A stretch of 64,000 nucleotides of DNA, taken from the NCBI RefSeq assembly GCF_009914755.1, contig NC_060927.1. The stretch is one strand, 5' to 3'. Positions 43,500-58,322 of this stretch are shown here, in pieces. Under the pieces are notes generated by a model. That model was not told the origin of the DNA and searched no databases. It was given only the letters and a program-made list of their open reading frames with translations. Numbering within the stretch: position 1 is the stretch's first letter; every line of letters begins with the position of its first letter. The translations under genes and the position numbers were made by a program. The stretch comes from the human T2T-CHM13v2.0 reference genome, Homo sapiens.

Positions 43500-44090
43500 A
43501 ACCCCTGATGTTTTGACTGAAAGACCTCAGATTCTCTCCCTTGTGCCACCACCCAGGAGGGTACAAACAGAACAAAATCTGGGCCTTAGGCCTTTCCTCT
43601 GATTCCTTAGGGGAATCATATCTGCCCAGCACACTGGGCTGGCTTTGCACAACAGTAAAGTTTATTGCCACGTGAGAGGTGCTAATGTTTTACCACTGAG
43701 AATATCTCAGAAGTTAGAACCTCAGGTCCTTCAGTTGTCTTAGCTATGGATGAAAAACCTTCCATCACCCAGCTGCTTGGGTCTTAAGATAGGAAGTGAC
43801 AGCTACGGTCTTAAGGTAGGAAGCAGTATGTTTTGAGAGCGATCTGTCATTTCTCCACATTTGGCCCACTAGAGTCTTTCTTACTTGAGCACTAAAACAT
43901 GCTTCTGACCTCTGATCAAAACGGTGTTGATGATACAGATTCATGTGCCTGACTCAGGCCATGCAAATCACCCCACCGCCAACTCCTAATTCCCTCAAGG
44001 ATTATCAAAAGAACATAAATAAAGGGTCGACTGCCTCCATTATCCAGCATTCAACTCCTTTTTCGATGTGGGCATGAAAGCAGAGAGCTG

Positions 44091-44535
44091 TGTAGTTGGT
44101 TGAATGATGGCCCCCTAAAAATATGTCCACCTAGTACCTGTGAATGTGACCTTATTTGGAGAAAGGGTCTTGGCAGGTGCAATTAAGCAAGGCTCTCAAG
44201 ATGAGATCATCTTGGATCATCTGGATAAGTCTTCAGTGGAATGCACGTGTTCATATAAGAGACAGAAGATAAGAAGACAGAGGAGGAAAAGTCCACATGA
44301 AGGCAGAGGCCGAGATTGGAGTGATGTGGCCACAAACTAAGCAATGCCAGGCTCCACCAGAAGCTGGAAGCAGCAGGGAACAGAATCCCTGCTACAGCCT
44401 CCAGAGGGAGTGCAGTCCTGCTGACACCTTGACTTTAAATTTCTAGCTTCCAGACAGTGACAGAGTACATTTCTGTTTTCCTAACCGAGCCAGTTTTTGT
44501 GGTATCTGTTACAGCAGCCACGGGAAACTAATACA
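44091..44535 (+). mobile_element. MLT1C/D-like LTR
   Basis: tgtagttggttgaatgatggcccc...ggaaactaataca; TSD agctg/agttg. Confidence 0.85.
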
Positions 44536-44649
44536 AGTTGCTAACAATTTTTGGCCCTAACAACGTTTTCAGGGCTTTAACCCTTAATCTTCATAATGAT
44601 GCTTTAAATGTTTTAATTAAATTAATTTTTTTCTTCTTATAACGAAGCT

Positions 44650-44811
44650 TTTTGGGTTCTTTTAGAAACTGGGTCTCGCTCCGTTGCCCAGGCTAGGGTG
44701 CAGTGGCGTGACTGTAGCTCACTGTAACCTCAACCTTCTGGCCTCAAGCAGTCCTCCCACTTCTGCCTCTCAAAGTGCAGGGATTACAGGAGTGAGCTAC
44801 TGCACCCAGCC
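44650..44811 (-). mobile_element. Alu monomer (FAM-like or collapsed AluJ) inside a MIR
   Basis: Monomer with right-arm 3' and left-arm 5' features; TSD cataatgat..tttaa. Confidence 0.7.
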
Positions 44812-45774
44812 CATAATGATAATTTAAGGTAAGGATTGTTTTTGCTTCATTTCATAGGCAAGGAAACTGAAAAGCAGAGAGTTAAAGTGACTTATCCAGG
44901 TACATTAAGCAAGAAAATGGCCAAGCTTGACTTCAAATCCAGGCTATCTGATCCCAGAGCTAGTACCTTTAATGACTGTGGCCTCCTGCTTCTCCAAGCG
45001 GAATTACAAGCAGAATCCACCCCCTCCTGCCTCATGTGTGTAGTAATTGTTGGAACGCGGTTCCTTGCCTCTCACAACAGTTCCCTGTGCTCCCCTGGCA
45101 GGCAGGATATATACACATCTGACTGGGCTGAGCTAATTGGACTCTAAATCTGCAGGGAGTGAGGCAAAGCCGCAGGGTGGTTAATTTCTTCCTGGCGGTG
45201 GTAGTGGTGGCATCCTAGGCAGATGCTTCCTGTTAAAATTCATTGTGGTTCTTCCTGTTGATTGACCTACTGCAACTGCCTTGATTCCTGCCCTGTCCAG
45301 TCCCCAATATTCTTTCTCAATTCCTTCTCTACTGAAGAAAGCCAGAGTTAATTTCTGTTGTTTGAAATCAAAAATCTGTCTAATGCAGAGGAAAAGCTGG
45401 CACCTGGTGAACCCCAGGCAAAGCAAACATCTCAATGTAATCCTCAGCTTACCCTGTGCCTTCTTTGAGGCTGAGCTCAGCACTGGGGCCAGTGCCCCTG
45501 CCTCAAATAGATCAGTTTTACAAACTATTAGGAGGTAATATAGATGGGGCTGATGATCTCAAGGAAAATGAGAAAGGGAATTTATAGCACTGCCCAGACT
45601 GAACTTCATAAAACTCTAAAAACCTCTCTGTCTTCCCCGTCACCTCCTCTTAAGGAGTTGGCTATCTCATCTTCTCCAGCCCCTGGCCTCTGTGCATTTC
45701 CACTCTGACCATCAGCTCACATTCCCTATTCAAGAGAAAGGAGCCCTGGATTTCTCCCTTTAAAAATCAGTTCA

Positions 45775-46070
45775 GGCCAGAGGTGGTGGCCTACTCCTAT
45801 AATCCCAGCACTTTAGGAGGCCAAGACAGGAGGATCACTTGAGCCTAGGAATTTGAGACCAGCCTGGATGATATAGTAAGATCCTGTCTCTACAAAAAAA
45901 AAAAAAAGCTGGACATGGTGTCAGTCATCTATAGTACCAGCTACTCAGGAGGCTGAGAGGGGAGGATCATTGAGCCTGGGAGGTTGAGGCTGCAGTGAGC
46001 CATGATCATACCACTGCATTCTACCTTGGGTGACAGAGCAAGATCCTGTTTGCTTAAAACAAAAACAAAA
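45775..46070 (+). mobile_element. AluJ
   Basis: TSD aaaaa(tc/ct)agttca. Confidence 0.9.
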
Positions 46071-46489
46071 AACTAGTTCAATGAACATATACTGTTTCTC
46101 AAACATTCTTGGATATTCAAACTGCACAGGATGTAACTTATGGGCCTCCATATATTTGCTCAGCTTCACTATTCTAAGCTTTAATCTTTAAGCAACATGA
46201 GCTAAAACATCTCCTCATAAAAATAGATGTTTCTTGGGTGGCTGGGCATACACTGTCCTGGAGAAAATAAAATTATCCTCTCAATATTCTATCAGGGAGG
46301 GGCTCACATCTGTATCCTAGGTCCCCATATTCTAATCCCCGCAGCAGCATCAGTCTCCCCTGGAGTAAAGGCAAAGCCTTCCCATGACCCCCGTCATGCC
46401 CACTCTGAGGCCCAGGACTGACCTGACTCATCAGGGCCCTGGCTCCTCCCTCTAATTCCAGGCCCAGGAGAAGCATCATGCTTTGGGGC

Positions 46490-46893
46490 GTGGAATTTGG
46501 CTTCCTCAGTGGCTGCTTAGATGGAGATGACACCACCCAGAAATGGCATGAGTCAATGCCCCATGGAGCTAATGTTGACCAAGGAGAGACCTGGCAGTGA
46601 AGGAGCCACAGTTAAATTCCTTGCACTTTGCTCCCCTGATGGACTCTTCTGAGGCTTAGGAGTACCTCTTTTACTTCTCTGCAGATGTACTGCATGAACA
46701 AGCAACCTGCTGTGTTTCATTGTGAAGCTGTGGCCAGCCCAATTGGTAATGCACCACCTACATTTGCGTTCCTTACTTCTCCACCTCATTTCTTTGTTCC
46801 CTTATTCTTGTGGCCTGTGATTGCACCCCCAATAAGCACGGTCAGGTAAGCATCATCTCAGGCTCTATTTTCTATGGAATGTGAGCTAAAATA
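46490..46893 (+). mobile_element. LTR40-like ERVL LTR
   Basis: ...ccccaataagc...ctcaggctctattttctatggaatgtgagctaaaata. Confidence 0.5.
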
Positions 46894-47149
46894 TCTCCCA
46901 AGAAAAATAGCTCCTTCTTATGTGGGAGGGCAGATTTTGCTCTGAAGAAAATAATAATTTTATTACATTATTATACCACAGAAGAGTCCTAAAGCCATAT
47001 GCCAGAAACCTTAAAGAACTTCTGCAAAATGTGACGGTTCAAGACAAGATTAAAGACTGGCTTGACCTGACTTCACAGAAACAATGAATTCGGAAAGCAA
47101 ACAGAGGAGTCTGCATGAATGGAGTAAAATTATTACTGTTATCATTGTC

Positions 47150-47410
47150 ATCATCATCTTCACAGCTAACACTTTCTCTGAGCTTACCATATGCTAGGCA
47201 CTCTTCTATGCACCCTATATCTAGGCTCATAGAATCCTCACGACATAAACCCAGGAGGTCAGCATTATTAATATCTCCATTTTATGGAGGAAGAAACTGA
47301 GGTTCAGCCCAGTCAAGTAACTTACCCCAAATCACATAGCTAGAAAGTGGTGGAACTGGGACTTGAACCCAGGCAGTCTAGTTTCAGGGCCCTGCCCATT
47401 AACATTACTA
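47150..47410 (-). mobile_element. MIR
   Basis: ctccattttatggaggaagaaactgagg...ggacttgaacccaggcagtct. Confidence 0.8.
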
Positions 47411-48491
47411 TCTTGCATGGTCTTTCTCCTTCATCTGAGTATCAGTGATTCAGACATGGATGAATACAGTCTCTGAAAGAAACTTAGCCCATCTCAGTAA
47501 TTTGCAAATATAGGCTATTCTCTGAATAAATAAGAAAACAAAAAAGAATTTACTGTTTGTGGCAATGGAAAGGGGCCAATGTGAAAACAGCAAATTTATC
47601 TTGAAAGAAAAACATGTGAAACTAGGTAAGTCATCATTAGTATTTTCAAGATAACTTAAAGCCCATCATATCTATTAAATGACAGCAGGTTGTCATGAAG
47701 AATAAACATAATCCAAGATCCATAATCCAGTCTATAAAGACTGCAGATGAAAATTATAGGTGTCATATTAAAAACACAATAGAAGCAGTGCCCTTCCTGA
47801 GTCACTGAAGAAAACCAAGATCACAGAAGAGAGAGATAGGCTTAAGAGCTTCTTCAAGAGCTCTGTGGAAAAGATTAAAGAGGTGAGAATCAAAGAAGAA
47901 AAAAAAATGATGTCCATGAGACCCAACATGCATATAATAGAATCCCTAGAAAGAAAAAGCAGATCTGACTGTCTGGAAGTCATCTTTGGGCTTGACTTAA
48001 GCCCTCACTTCCACACCATGACACTGTCCTACACAGCAGGGTAGGAGTCCCAGTCAGCCTGGTGCATTGGGAAGAATTAGTTGCAAGGTTGAATCTCTTA
48101 AGCTAACCTCTAACCCACAACACACAAAAAAGAGTATAATTAGGGTCTAACCAGTGGTGGGATTCTGTGCACTTCCTGTTTGCATTCCTTTAGAGAATCA
48201 ATTTACTAATCCTTTGAGAGGTCATCAGGGGAAGAGAATACCCTGTTCCTGCTCTCAAGGAGGTTCCAATCTACTGAGGGACTCGGTCTGCTTCTAAGAT
48301 ACCTAAGATCATGTGTAAGGAAGATGGTCATCACAGACACAGGAACTCCTTTCTGGAGCTCCACATCGCCTGTCTTTCTGTAAATGGATTGCTAAAATGA
48401 CTCATTTCCCAATGTACAGGGCTCCTCCAATGATGTCACTACAAAATTGCTTAGATATTATTTTAAAGTAGCCATCTTACTTTAAATATGG

Positions 48492-48895
48492 TATATTAGC
48501 CCATTTAGCATAGCTATAAAAGAGTACCTGAGGCTGGGTAATTTATAAAGAAAAGAGGTTTATTTTGGCTCATGGTTCTGCAGGCGGTACAAGAAGTGTG
48601 GCACCAGCATCTGCTTCTGGTGAGGCCTCAGGAAGCTTCCACTCATGGTGGAAGGAGAAGGGGGAGCAGGTGTGTCACATGGTGGGAGAGGGAGGAAGAG
48701 AGAGGGGAGGGAGGTCCCAGACTCTGGTTCATGCAACCAGATCTTGCATGAACTCGTTACCATGGGGTTGGCACCAAGCCACTCTTGAGGGCTCCACCCC
48801 TAAGAGCCAAACACCTCCCACTAGGCCTCACCTCCAATTTTGGGGATCACATTTCAACATGAGATTTGCAAGGGACAAACATCCAAACCATATCA
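48492..48895 (-). mobile_element. MST (MSTA/B) solo LTR
   Basis: tatattagcccattt...catccaaaccatatca; perfect TSD tatgg. Confidence 0.9.
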
Positions 48896-49074
48896 TATGG
48901 GAATTGAAATTTTTTATAGATTATTTACAATTATAACCAGACCTGTGAAGAGAATGGCCTTGGGATCAGTCAGGCCTGGATTTGAGTCCTGGCTCTTTGC
49001 AGCTTCTATCAGGTGACTCAGCCTCTCTAAGGACTGAGTGTCCTTATCTGTATGATGGAAATGATAGTACAGCA

Positions 49075-49410
49075 GCATAGTGTTCCTCAAACATTACTGT
49101 GTACACCTTGCTAAAATGCAGATTGTATTCAGTACCGGGGGTGGTGCCTGGGAATCTGCATTTTTGCAAGCTCCTGGGTGCTGCTATTGCTGGTCTGTAG
49201 GACAGGCCTTGGCAATCTGTGGCCCTCAGACTCATTTTATTCAGCCCCACAAGCTAAGAAGGTTTTTTTATGTTTTTTATATGTTTAAAATCTTGTAAAC
49301 CACAAGCAAATAAAAAACTTGAAAAATATGTGACAGTGACCATATGTGGCATGCAAAGCCTGAAATATTTACTGTCTGGTCCTTTACAGAAAAAGTGTGT
49401 TGCCTCCTGT
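49075..49410. mobile_element. MER5-like fragment followed by a MER58-like hAT element
   Basis: aaaatgcagatt...ggaatctgcattttt; caaagcctgaaatatttactgtctggtcctttacagaaaaag. Confidence 0.6.
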
Positions 49411-49947
49411 TGCAGATTCCAGTTCTACTGCTGCTTTATCCCCTATACCCTTGGGCCACCTGAATTCACCTGCGGCTGCAGGCAAAGGCATTTTCCAGCA
49501 TGCTAATAATTCCCATCTCAAATACCTGTGCCTCTCTCTTCTCTGCTGGAAGGCTTTATTTTTGGCACTAGGTGAGCTTTCTCAAAGATCTGGAGACCTA
49601 ATTGGAGCTGGGGGGAAAGTTAACTTCAATCAGTAGGGAATAGAGTCAGATGGGTAAGTGTGCCAGTGTCCCTGTGAGTGGATTCTGAGGTGTGCTCCAT
49701 GCTGTTTCACAGAGTGCACCCATGAGAGTGAGTTCCATGTGTCCACGTTAGTGACCTGCTTATTAAGGCACGCTTCATTGGCTTTATCTTGGCTAGCTCT
49801 TCCTTTTGATGTGCTGGTACCAGCTTACATAGGTTTTTGAGAATCAATGTGTGCATCTCTTCCCTCTGTGTTCAGTGATGTCATGATGGTGACCTAAAAT
49901 TGACTATGGTGTCATATTTATACCAGGGAAATCCCCAGATGCTATAA

Positions 49948-50346
<399 letters not shown>

Positions 50347-51018
50347 TAAACTATGTGTACCCAAGTCCTTGTCTCAGGGTCTGCTTTGGGTAGAACTCAT
50401 ACTAGGAGAAGTACCTACCTGCCTCATAGTTTTGATGTTCTTGCACCAAAATCACACAAGATCACATCTGAGAATCATTAGCACAAGACTTAGTACGTGA
50501 CAGTCACTTAAATGTCAGTTCCTTCTTCTTTCATCTCTTTCCCTTAGGAAAAGGGAGACTCCACAGCATTTTCCAAGATACCTGCCCTTCAGGCTTTTGG
50601 TACTAAAGTCAGCTCGGGCCCCCTGGGCCACCTGGTCACCTTAGTGGAGGCTACAGAATGACTTATTTGGCCTGTGTCCACACACAGACCACCACGCACA
50701 ATGGGCAACAGGACATGGGCTGAAACTTGAATTGGCGTCAGGAAGGAAGCATATCCATTGCAACCACATGAAACTGAAAACATGTGGGCAAGGCAACCAT
50801 GACAGCACCAGCATGTTCTACCAACTCCCACCAATGGGATGCAAACAGTGCCCCTTTGTGCAGAGGTGACAGAAATGAGGCTGGTAGCTCCTTCAGGGTG
50901 CTGTAAAGTGAGGTTGGAACTCAGAGCTAGAGAAGAAGAGGTGAGGCCCAGAAAAGTGGGAAGGAGGAGAGAGAAAAAATGTAGAGACAGAAAAGGCACG
51001 ACTTGAAAGAGACTGCCA

Positions 51019-51320
<302 letters not shown>

Positions 51321-51339
51321 GAAAAGAGAAAGAGACCGT

Positions 51340-51660
51340 TAGGTGCCACCCCATATCCATTTTCCCCTTCCTACTTAGTAACGACCCCAATTTTTAATTC
51401 AGTGCTCAGCCAAAAGACCACATGACCCTATTTCCCTTGTAGCTGGGTGTGACTCTTATTCTAGTCAATGAGATAAAAAGTGGAAGTTGTGTGTGGGGCT
51501 TCCAGGAAGGCCCTGTAAAGGATACTGACTCGTCTAACCAACAGGCCGTTTTGCCCTCCCCCTCTTTTTCCTTATTGCAGCCTGGAGCTTGGTGTGACAG
51601 TTGGAGCTCCAGTAACTGTCTTGGGTGATGAGTTACCCTGGGATGGAAGTTGGCGCTGAG
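51340..51660 (+). mobile_element. MLT1I/J-like LTR
   Basis: cccttcctacttagtaac...gtcaatgagata...ggggcttccaggaagg. Confidence 0.55.
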
Positions 51661-52829
51661 GATGGCGTGTGCAGATTGCAGTGTGGTTCTCTCTCCCACT
51701 CCGCCCTGGATCTGCTGACATGCCTCATTTTCTCCTCGTCCTGCCAGCAGCTGTATGTCCTTCCTCACGTCTAGCCACCGTGCCTTTCAGGATGCCAGCT
51801 CTCTGTGCTACGGCTGTGCCTCTTCCCTGAATTACTCAGGTCTATGCTAAGTTTTGGGCTCTCGCAACTTCCCTGGATTCTCCCCAGAATGAGAGTACAA
51901 GCCCCGGTTTTCAGATTCCCCAATCAACATGAGGGTTTTGCCACTCCGCAACGGGCTCAGTTCTGTAGCAGTGTCTGGAATGACCAGCATCTAAGCCTTC
52001 TTTCCTTCCTTTCTGGTCCTTACACTTCCTCCCCAACTTGTAGAAACTTTATAGGTGGCAAAAGGTACAAGGAACAAGATAACGTCTCTCTTTTGTTATG
52101 TATGACTCTAAATTTCAAAACATCTATGACTTTTGAAACACAAAACTGTCAGAATTATTTCCCTTCTTCTCCCCATCCTGTGATAACATCCTTTCTCTGA
52201 GATAATAAAAGCAGTTGGCCCAAGGTTCCCAGAGTGGGGAAAGGGTTGGCAGCCATAGGAAGTACTACCGGGCCAAAGCATCAGTGTGTATCTTGCAATA
52301 TCTTACCACATTGAGAAAAGGGGGAGGAGACACTAGGAGAAGAGCTGAACAGCATCAGAGCCAGAGATGGATCAGGTCAGTATTGGCAATGTAGTTAAGA
52401 GCAGTGTGATGCTGCTGCTGAAATATCAGAGTCCTGTATGTCTCCCCTGTCTCTCCTCAAAGTCCCATGGTGGAGACCTCATCACTCATCATGAAAGGAA
52501 GCTGCTCTCAAGCCCACCTTGCAGCATGGAGGAAAGAAAGGAGCCCACATCTGAGGATGCCCAGCATGGCCTGGGCCCTTGAACAACAGGGTCACAGCCA
52601 AGGATTCTCACCCCTCCAATGTGGCAGAGGGGCCCCACTCTGGGGAAGGTGGCCTGCTCAGGGTCACAGTGGGTGGAGCAGCTTTCAAGGCACCCAGCAT
52701 TTAATAATTGATCCTGTCAAAAATCATCGATGGGTGCTAAAACAAGTGGGCCTAAGTTTGCTGAGGAACAGGCATTCATAGCGTCTCCACATACGATATT
52801 CAAAGTCTCAAAGTCTCTTTCAAAGCCAC

Positions 52830-53490
52830 CAAATTTAACGTCACCAGTTATGGGACAAATTGACATTGTGTGCCTTCTGATAGGATGCACTGAGAAAAAC
52901 ACATCGCTTTTGTGACATTTCTGGCCAAAATGTCTAACCTGAATCTAATCACAAGGAAACATCAGACAAACCCAAACTGAGGGACAGTCTACAACAGTAA
53001 CTGGTCTGTATTCCTGAAAAACATCAAGGTCACGAAAATCAAAGGGAAGGCTAAGGAGCCATTTCCAATGGAAAAAGACTGAATAGAAGGGACACCCAAA
53101 AGCAACGTGGATTTGATCCTAGACCAGAGAGGAAAGGGTGTTTATGACGGCTATCTTTGAGGCAGGCAGCTGCATCTGAAAGGGCCCCTCGATTGGATGG
53201 TTGCTTTTCTCTCCATGTTAATTTCCTGATTTGGGTGATTGTATTATCTTTATGTAAGGACGCTTGTTCTTAGGAAATAAATGCTGAAATATTTAGGGAT
53301 GAAGGAGCATTCTTTCTCCATCCCATTTCTTCCCCCACCCCTTCTCTTCCTCCTTCCCTCTCCCACCCCCAAGCAAGTGTGGTGAAATATTCATCAGTGG
53401 GGGATCTGGGTAAAAGGTACTGGTGAGTTGTTTTTTGCACTATTCCTGTAAGTTTTCTATACATCTCAAGTTATTTCAATATAAAAAATT
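52830..53490 (+). mobile_element. L1MC4/L1MC5-like 3' UTR
   Basis: aacctgaatctaatcacaaggaaacatcagacaaacccaaactgagggac...atttcaatataaaaaatt. Confidence 0.75.
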
Positions 53491-53775
53491 ACCACCCCAA
53501 CCCACACCCTCTAAAATATTTGAGGAACATGAGATCAGGGAGGGGAGGAGCCCCGAGCGCCCCCTAAATGTCCATGTTCAGATCAGAAAGGGGCTTTGAA
53601 AAGCCTGAAGTCTAACCCTCTCATTTCACCTCTGAAGGCTGAGACACCAGAGAGGTACAGGCACACAGGTCCCATGAGCCCAGTGCAAATGCGTGTAAGC
53701 CCCTTGCCATACTGCCTCCCTGCTTCTGAATCCCAGATCTGCCATTTGGTAACTAAGAGAACTTGAGCAAGCTAC

Positions 53776-54272
53776 TGACAGGCTCCAGGACCTGCTACCC
53801 CCAAATATGATACCTTGGCACATTGACTGTTTCAAGCTGAAGGAATCTGTAAAACAGCAGGTGCAGGAAGATCTCTCTGACCTTTCCCTGAGGCAGGTCA
53901 TAAGCCCCTCCATGAGAGGTGCCCTTTCTATGCCTGGAGAAGAGGAGGATCCTTATCTCCAAGTCACAAGGACATGTAGAGGAACCTAGATGCAGGCTTG
54001 TTGTCTTCCCCAGCTGACCACTCTTACTTCCTACCTTTCTTTTGTCCTGTCACATTTTCCCAAGAATCTCCATTCTTCATCAAACCTAGCATAAATACAT
54101 TCAGGTTTAACAACTTCTTTGGGTCTTCACTTTCTCATACTCTCCTGTGTCATGTAAAATACATATATTAAATAAATTAGTATGTGTTTCTCTTGTTAAT
54201 CTGCCTTCTGTTACAGGGGCCCCAGATGAGTCTTAGAGGAGTAGAAGGAAAAGATATTTTTCCTGCACTACA
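53776..54272 (+). mobile_element. MER39/MER34-family solo LTR inserted in a MIR
   Basis: tgacaggctccaggacctgctacccccaaatatg...tttttcctgcactaca; TSD ctac/ctgc. Confidence 0.75.
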
Positions 54273-54519
54273 CTGCGTATGCTTTCTAGTCCCCAATTTC
54301 CTCATCTGGAAAATGAAAGGATAAGAGCACCTCTTGGGGAAGGGAGTGAGATAAAGTTCATGCGCAGCACTTAGCACAGATCATGCTCCATCCATGACTG
54401 ATCAATGTCAGTGTGTACTACTACTGTTGTTGTTATCACTGTTATTTATACCCTGACTCACTACCCTGGATTTACTAAGAAAGGAACTGATTAATGTATC
54501 TGTGAGAATGTTTCCAGTT

Positions 54520-54657
54520 GAGAGAGACAGAGACAGAGAGAGAGAGAGAGGAGAGAGAGAGAAAAGAAAAGAAGAAGAAGAAGAAGAAGGAGAGGAGGAA
54601 GAGGAAGAGGATGAAGAAGAAGAAGAAAGGAGGAGGAGGAGGAGGAGGAGGGAAAGA
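54520..54657. repeat. Polypurine (GA)n-(GAA)n-(GGA)n tract
   Basis: Almost purine-only over ~135 bp. Confidence 0.9.
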
Positions 54658-55089
54658 ACGATAACACAAGAACACAAGGGAAAGTATTTTTTAGAAAGTA
54701 AATATGTTATCTCCTGTAACAACAAGTCTGGATATGAAATGGCTCCCCAAGGGATTCGTCAGGTGGTTCATTGCTGTCACCAAGGATACAGGTTCTTCCC
54801 CACTAACTGTCCTGCCAGCCTCTGCTCAACTTCGGGATGGATCCTTCCAACATCCCACATTTGCTGTTGAAGTTTTAGCATCATAGGCAAAAACAAAACA
54901 AAACAAACAAACGAACAAAAAAACCAACCCCCGGAGACAGACAAGTGAAAGATCTCTGTTTTGTCTCAATCTTTAAGATCGAGGAAAAATTCCTAGAGTC
55001 TCATTAATGTCCCTTTATATCTCCTTTTTCAAAATAACTTCACATGCCCCATGCTCAACCAAACTTTTATGAGGACATGGGATGAGCTT

Positions 55090-55886
<797 letters not shown>

Positions 55887-57304
55887 ACGATTCCATCAGC
55901 ACTGGGCGTGACCTGGCCTACCTGAGGCCATGGCTGCCTCATACCTGCACAAAATCAGGTTCAGCTAACCTTGTGGCAAGGTTGGGAAGGGTTGTTGGAT
56001 AGGCAATCACAGGTTACAGAGACTAGCAAACTCCCATCACTGCTTACCAGGTTACCAATTAGTAGAAATGAGCAAGTTTTCCTTTTGGTCTTTTCAATGT
56101 ACCACATCTTCCTCCTACATTCTCTCCTCTTGCTCCTCTAGAATAAAATCTATAAAGCACGCAGTTGCATTATTCATGTGCTAGTCACACAACTCTTGTG
56201 CTCAGTAAGTGCCTGAATCACTTGTGAGACCCAGAGCACAGAACATTCCATCCCCATCAGATCCACTTGGGGGAGGAGGTGCTATTACCCTGAAAGTCAT
56301 TTCTATGGTATAAATTCACCCTTCTTTGCAAAATGATTCATTTTTAGTGCCCACAAATCACTCTTCCAAGAATATCACCACACATGTGGAGGGAGATTCT
56401 TTCCCTCCCAAAAGCTCAACAGTTGTGGATCTGATGACGTTATTTCCAGAATTCAGAATGAACAGGGTTACTGGGAATAAAGGATGTGACTTACAAGATG
56501 ACACATGGAGGAGAGGCACATGATCAGCTCAGCTATCTAGATATATTTAAGTATGGTTTATCATGGGGTTTCACGAAGAAGGCTCCATGTTTAAACATCT
56601 GGCTGTTCCATCTTTACAGGAGACATTTGTTGCTTCTCTCTGTCCAACATCCAATTCCTTGACTTTATTGACAGAATCCATATTTCCCTTGGGAAACCGG
56701 CCCTGCAGAAGTCTCAGTTCAAGCTGAGATTAACACCACCTTTGTCTTTTGGAGTTGACATGTTACTCATGCTGTTATAGAAGTATTGAGTTCCCTTGTC
56801 CACAGCAATTTGTTCATAATTGGAAAAATGATCCCAATCACTCAATATATCCCATTACCTGGCTTTTTATCAAAACTGTAGCAAAGACAGAGGCTCCATG
56901 TTCAGCTCGACTTGGGATTAGGAAAATGCAAATCTAGAGATGCTGGGTGCCATGATGTGAAGAGAGGCCACCTAAAAATGGAAGGATTTACTTGTCTCAG
57001 TAACCTATTAACTCCCAGTACAGAAGCCATTCTCTACTTTGTCTTGTTAGCAAAACCCTGATTTTGTACATAAGGAAGCAGAACCAAGAGGTTTAGAGAG
57101 AGCTTGAATTTTCACATCATATGTTAAGTGCCTGGGTCCACCATACCTGAAGGAATGTCACTTAAATTTTCCATTAGTGAGCCAACGTTTTTGCTTAAGC
57201 CAATTTTACTTGGATTTATATTACTTGCAATCAAAGATCCTGGTTAACTACAGCCATGTCAGTCATTGAGCTTCTCCTTTATTTGACATTGGTATGCAGT
57301 CATG

Positions 57305-57609
57305 TTTTTTTTTTTTTTTTTTTTTTTTTTTTGAGACAGTGTATTTCTCTGTTGTGCAGGCTGGAGTACAGAGGTGCAGTCTCAGCTCAGTGAATCTTTG
57401 ACCTCCCAGGCTTAAGCCATCCTCCCACCTCAGCTTCTCAAGTAGCTGAGACTACAGGTGCACACCACCACATCTGGTTAATTTTTGTATTTTTTGTAGA
57501 GACAGCATTTCGCCATGTTGCCCAGACTGGCCTCCTGGGCTCAAGTGATCCTCTTGCCTCAGCCTCCCAAAGTGCTGGGATTACAGGGATGAGCCACAGC
57601 ACCTGGCCT
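57305..57609 (-). mobile_element. AluJ
   Basis: Long poly(T), AluJ features. Confidence 0.88.
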
Positions 57610-57739
57610 AGTCTGTGCTTCTTAAAATGGTTTCTTCTCCTTGAATATCCTACGATGAACTTAACCATGAGCATTCTCCAAGGCTTGGGCTGTGATCTTC
57701 TCTTTGAGGGACACACAGTTCAACCCATACACGTGGGAA

Positions 57740-58150
57740 ACATTGTGAGATGGGGTTTGGTATGCAGGATGGTTATCAGGGAGTGTTCATGTTGACACAT
57801 GTGAAAGGAAGATGAGGAAGTAGGACCAGGCACGGGGGGAATTCAGCTGTTGAGGCAGGACCACTGACTATCTTGGCCAACCCCACTGGAGGACCTGGAG
57901 CTAGAATGGCCCTTCAGAGTCACCTGGTGTTGGGACAAGAGGGCCAGGCCCTTATATTCTCACATCTGTCAGTCACTGGATATTAGGCTGCACCAGGAAG
58001 GGGCACAACCTTGGCATGACAGTGGCATGCAGCTGAGGCAATCTCTGAGGGGCTGAAGCCGGAAGCTCTCTGCAGACACCACTGTCAGCAGCTGGGCAGT
58101 GAATCCTTCACTGAAGCGTATCTGGGGACAGGCATCCGAGCATCCTCCAT
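57740..58150 (-). mobile_element. LTR16B-like ERVL LTR
   Basis: ggagctagaatggcccttcagagtc...tcagtcactgga. Confidence 0.5.
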
Positions 58151-58322
58151 GTAAGTTGGTCCCTCTGCCTGCAGGAACCTGCTTCCTTTCATCACTCCTT
58201 CAAGCCTAATGGGTTGACAACCCCTCAGTTACCAGCCCTCTGGCACTGCACGATGCCTTGTGGGATTCCTCTTTCCTACTTACGACTTTGCAAATGGTTC
58301 CTTTATTAAAGTCTCCTCCAAC

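Noticed and set aside
54408-54870. Glu/Arg-rich and Ser-rich ORFs
   Set aside because: Translations of the purine microsatellite.
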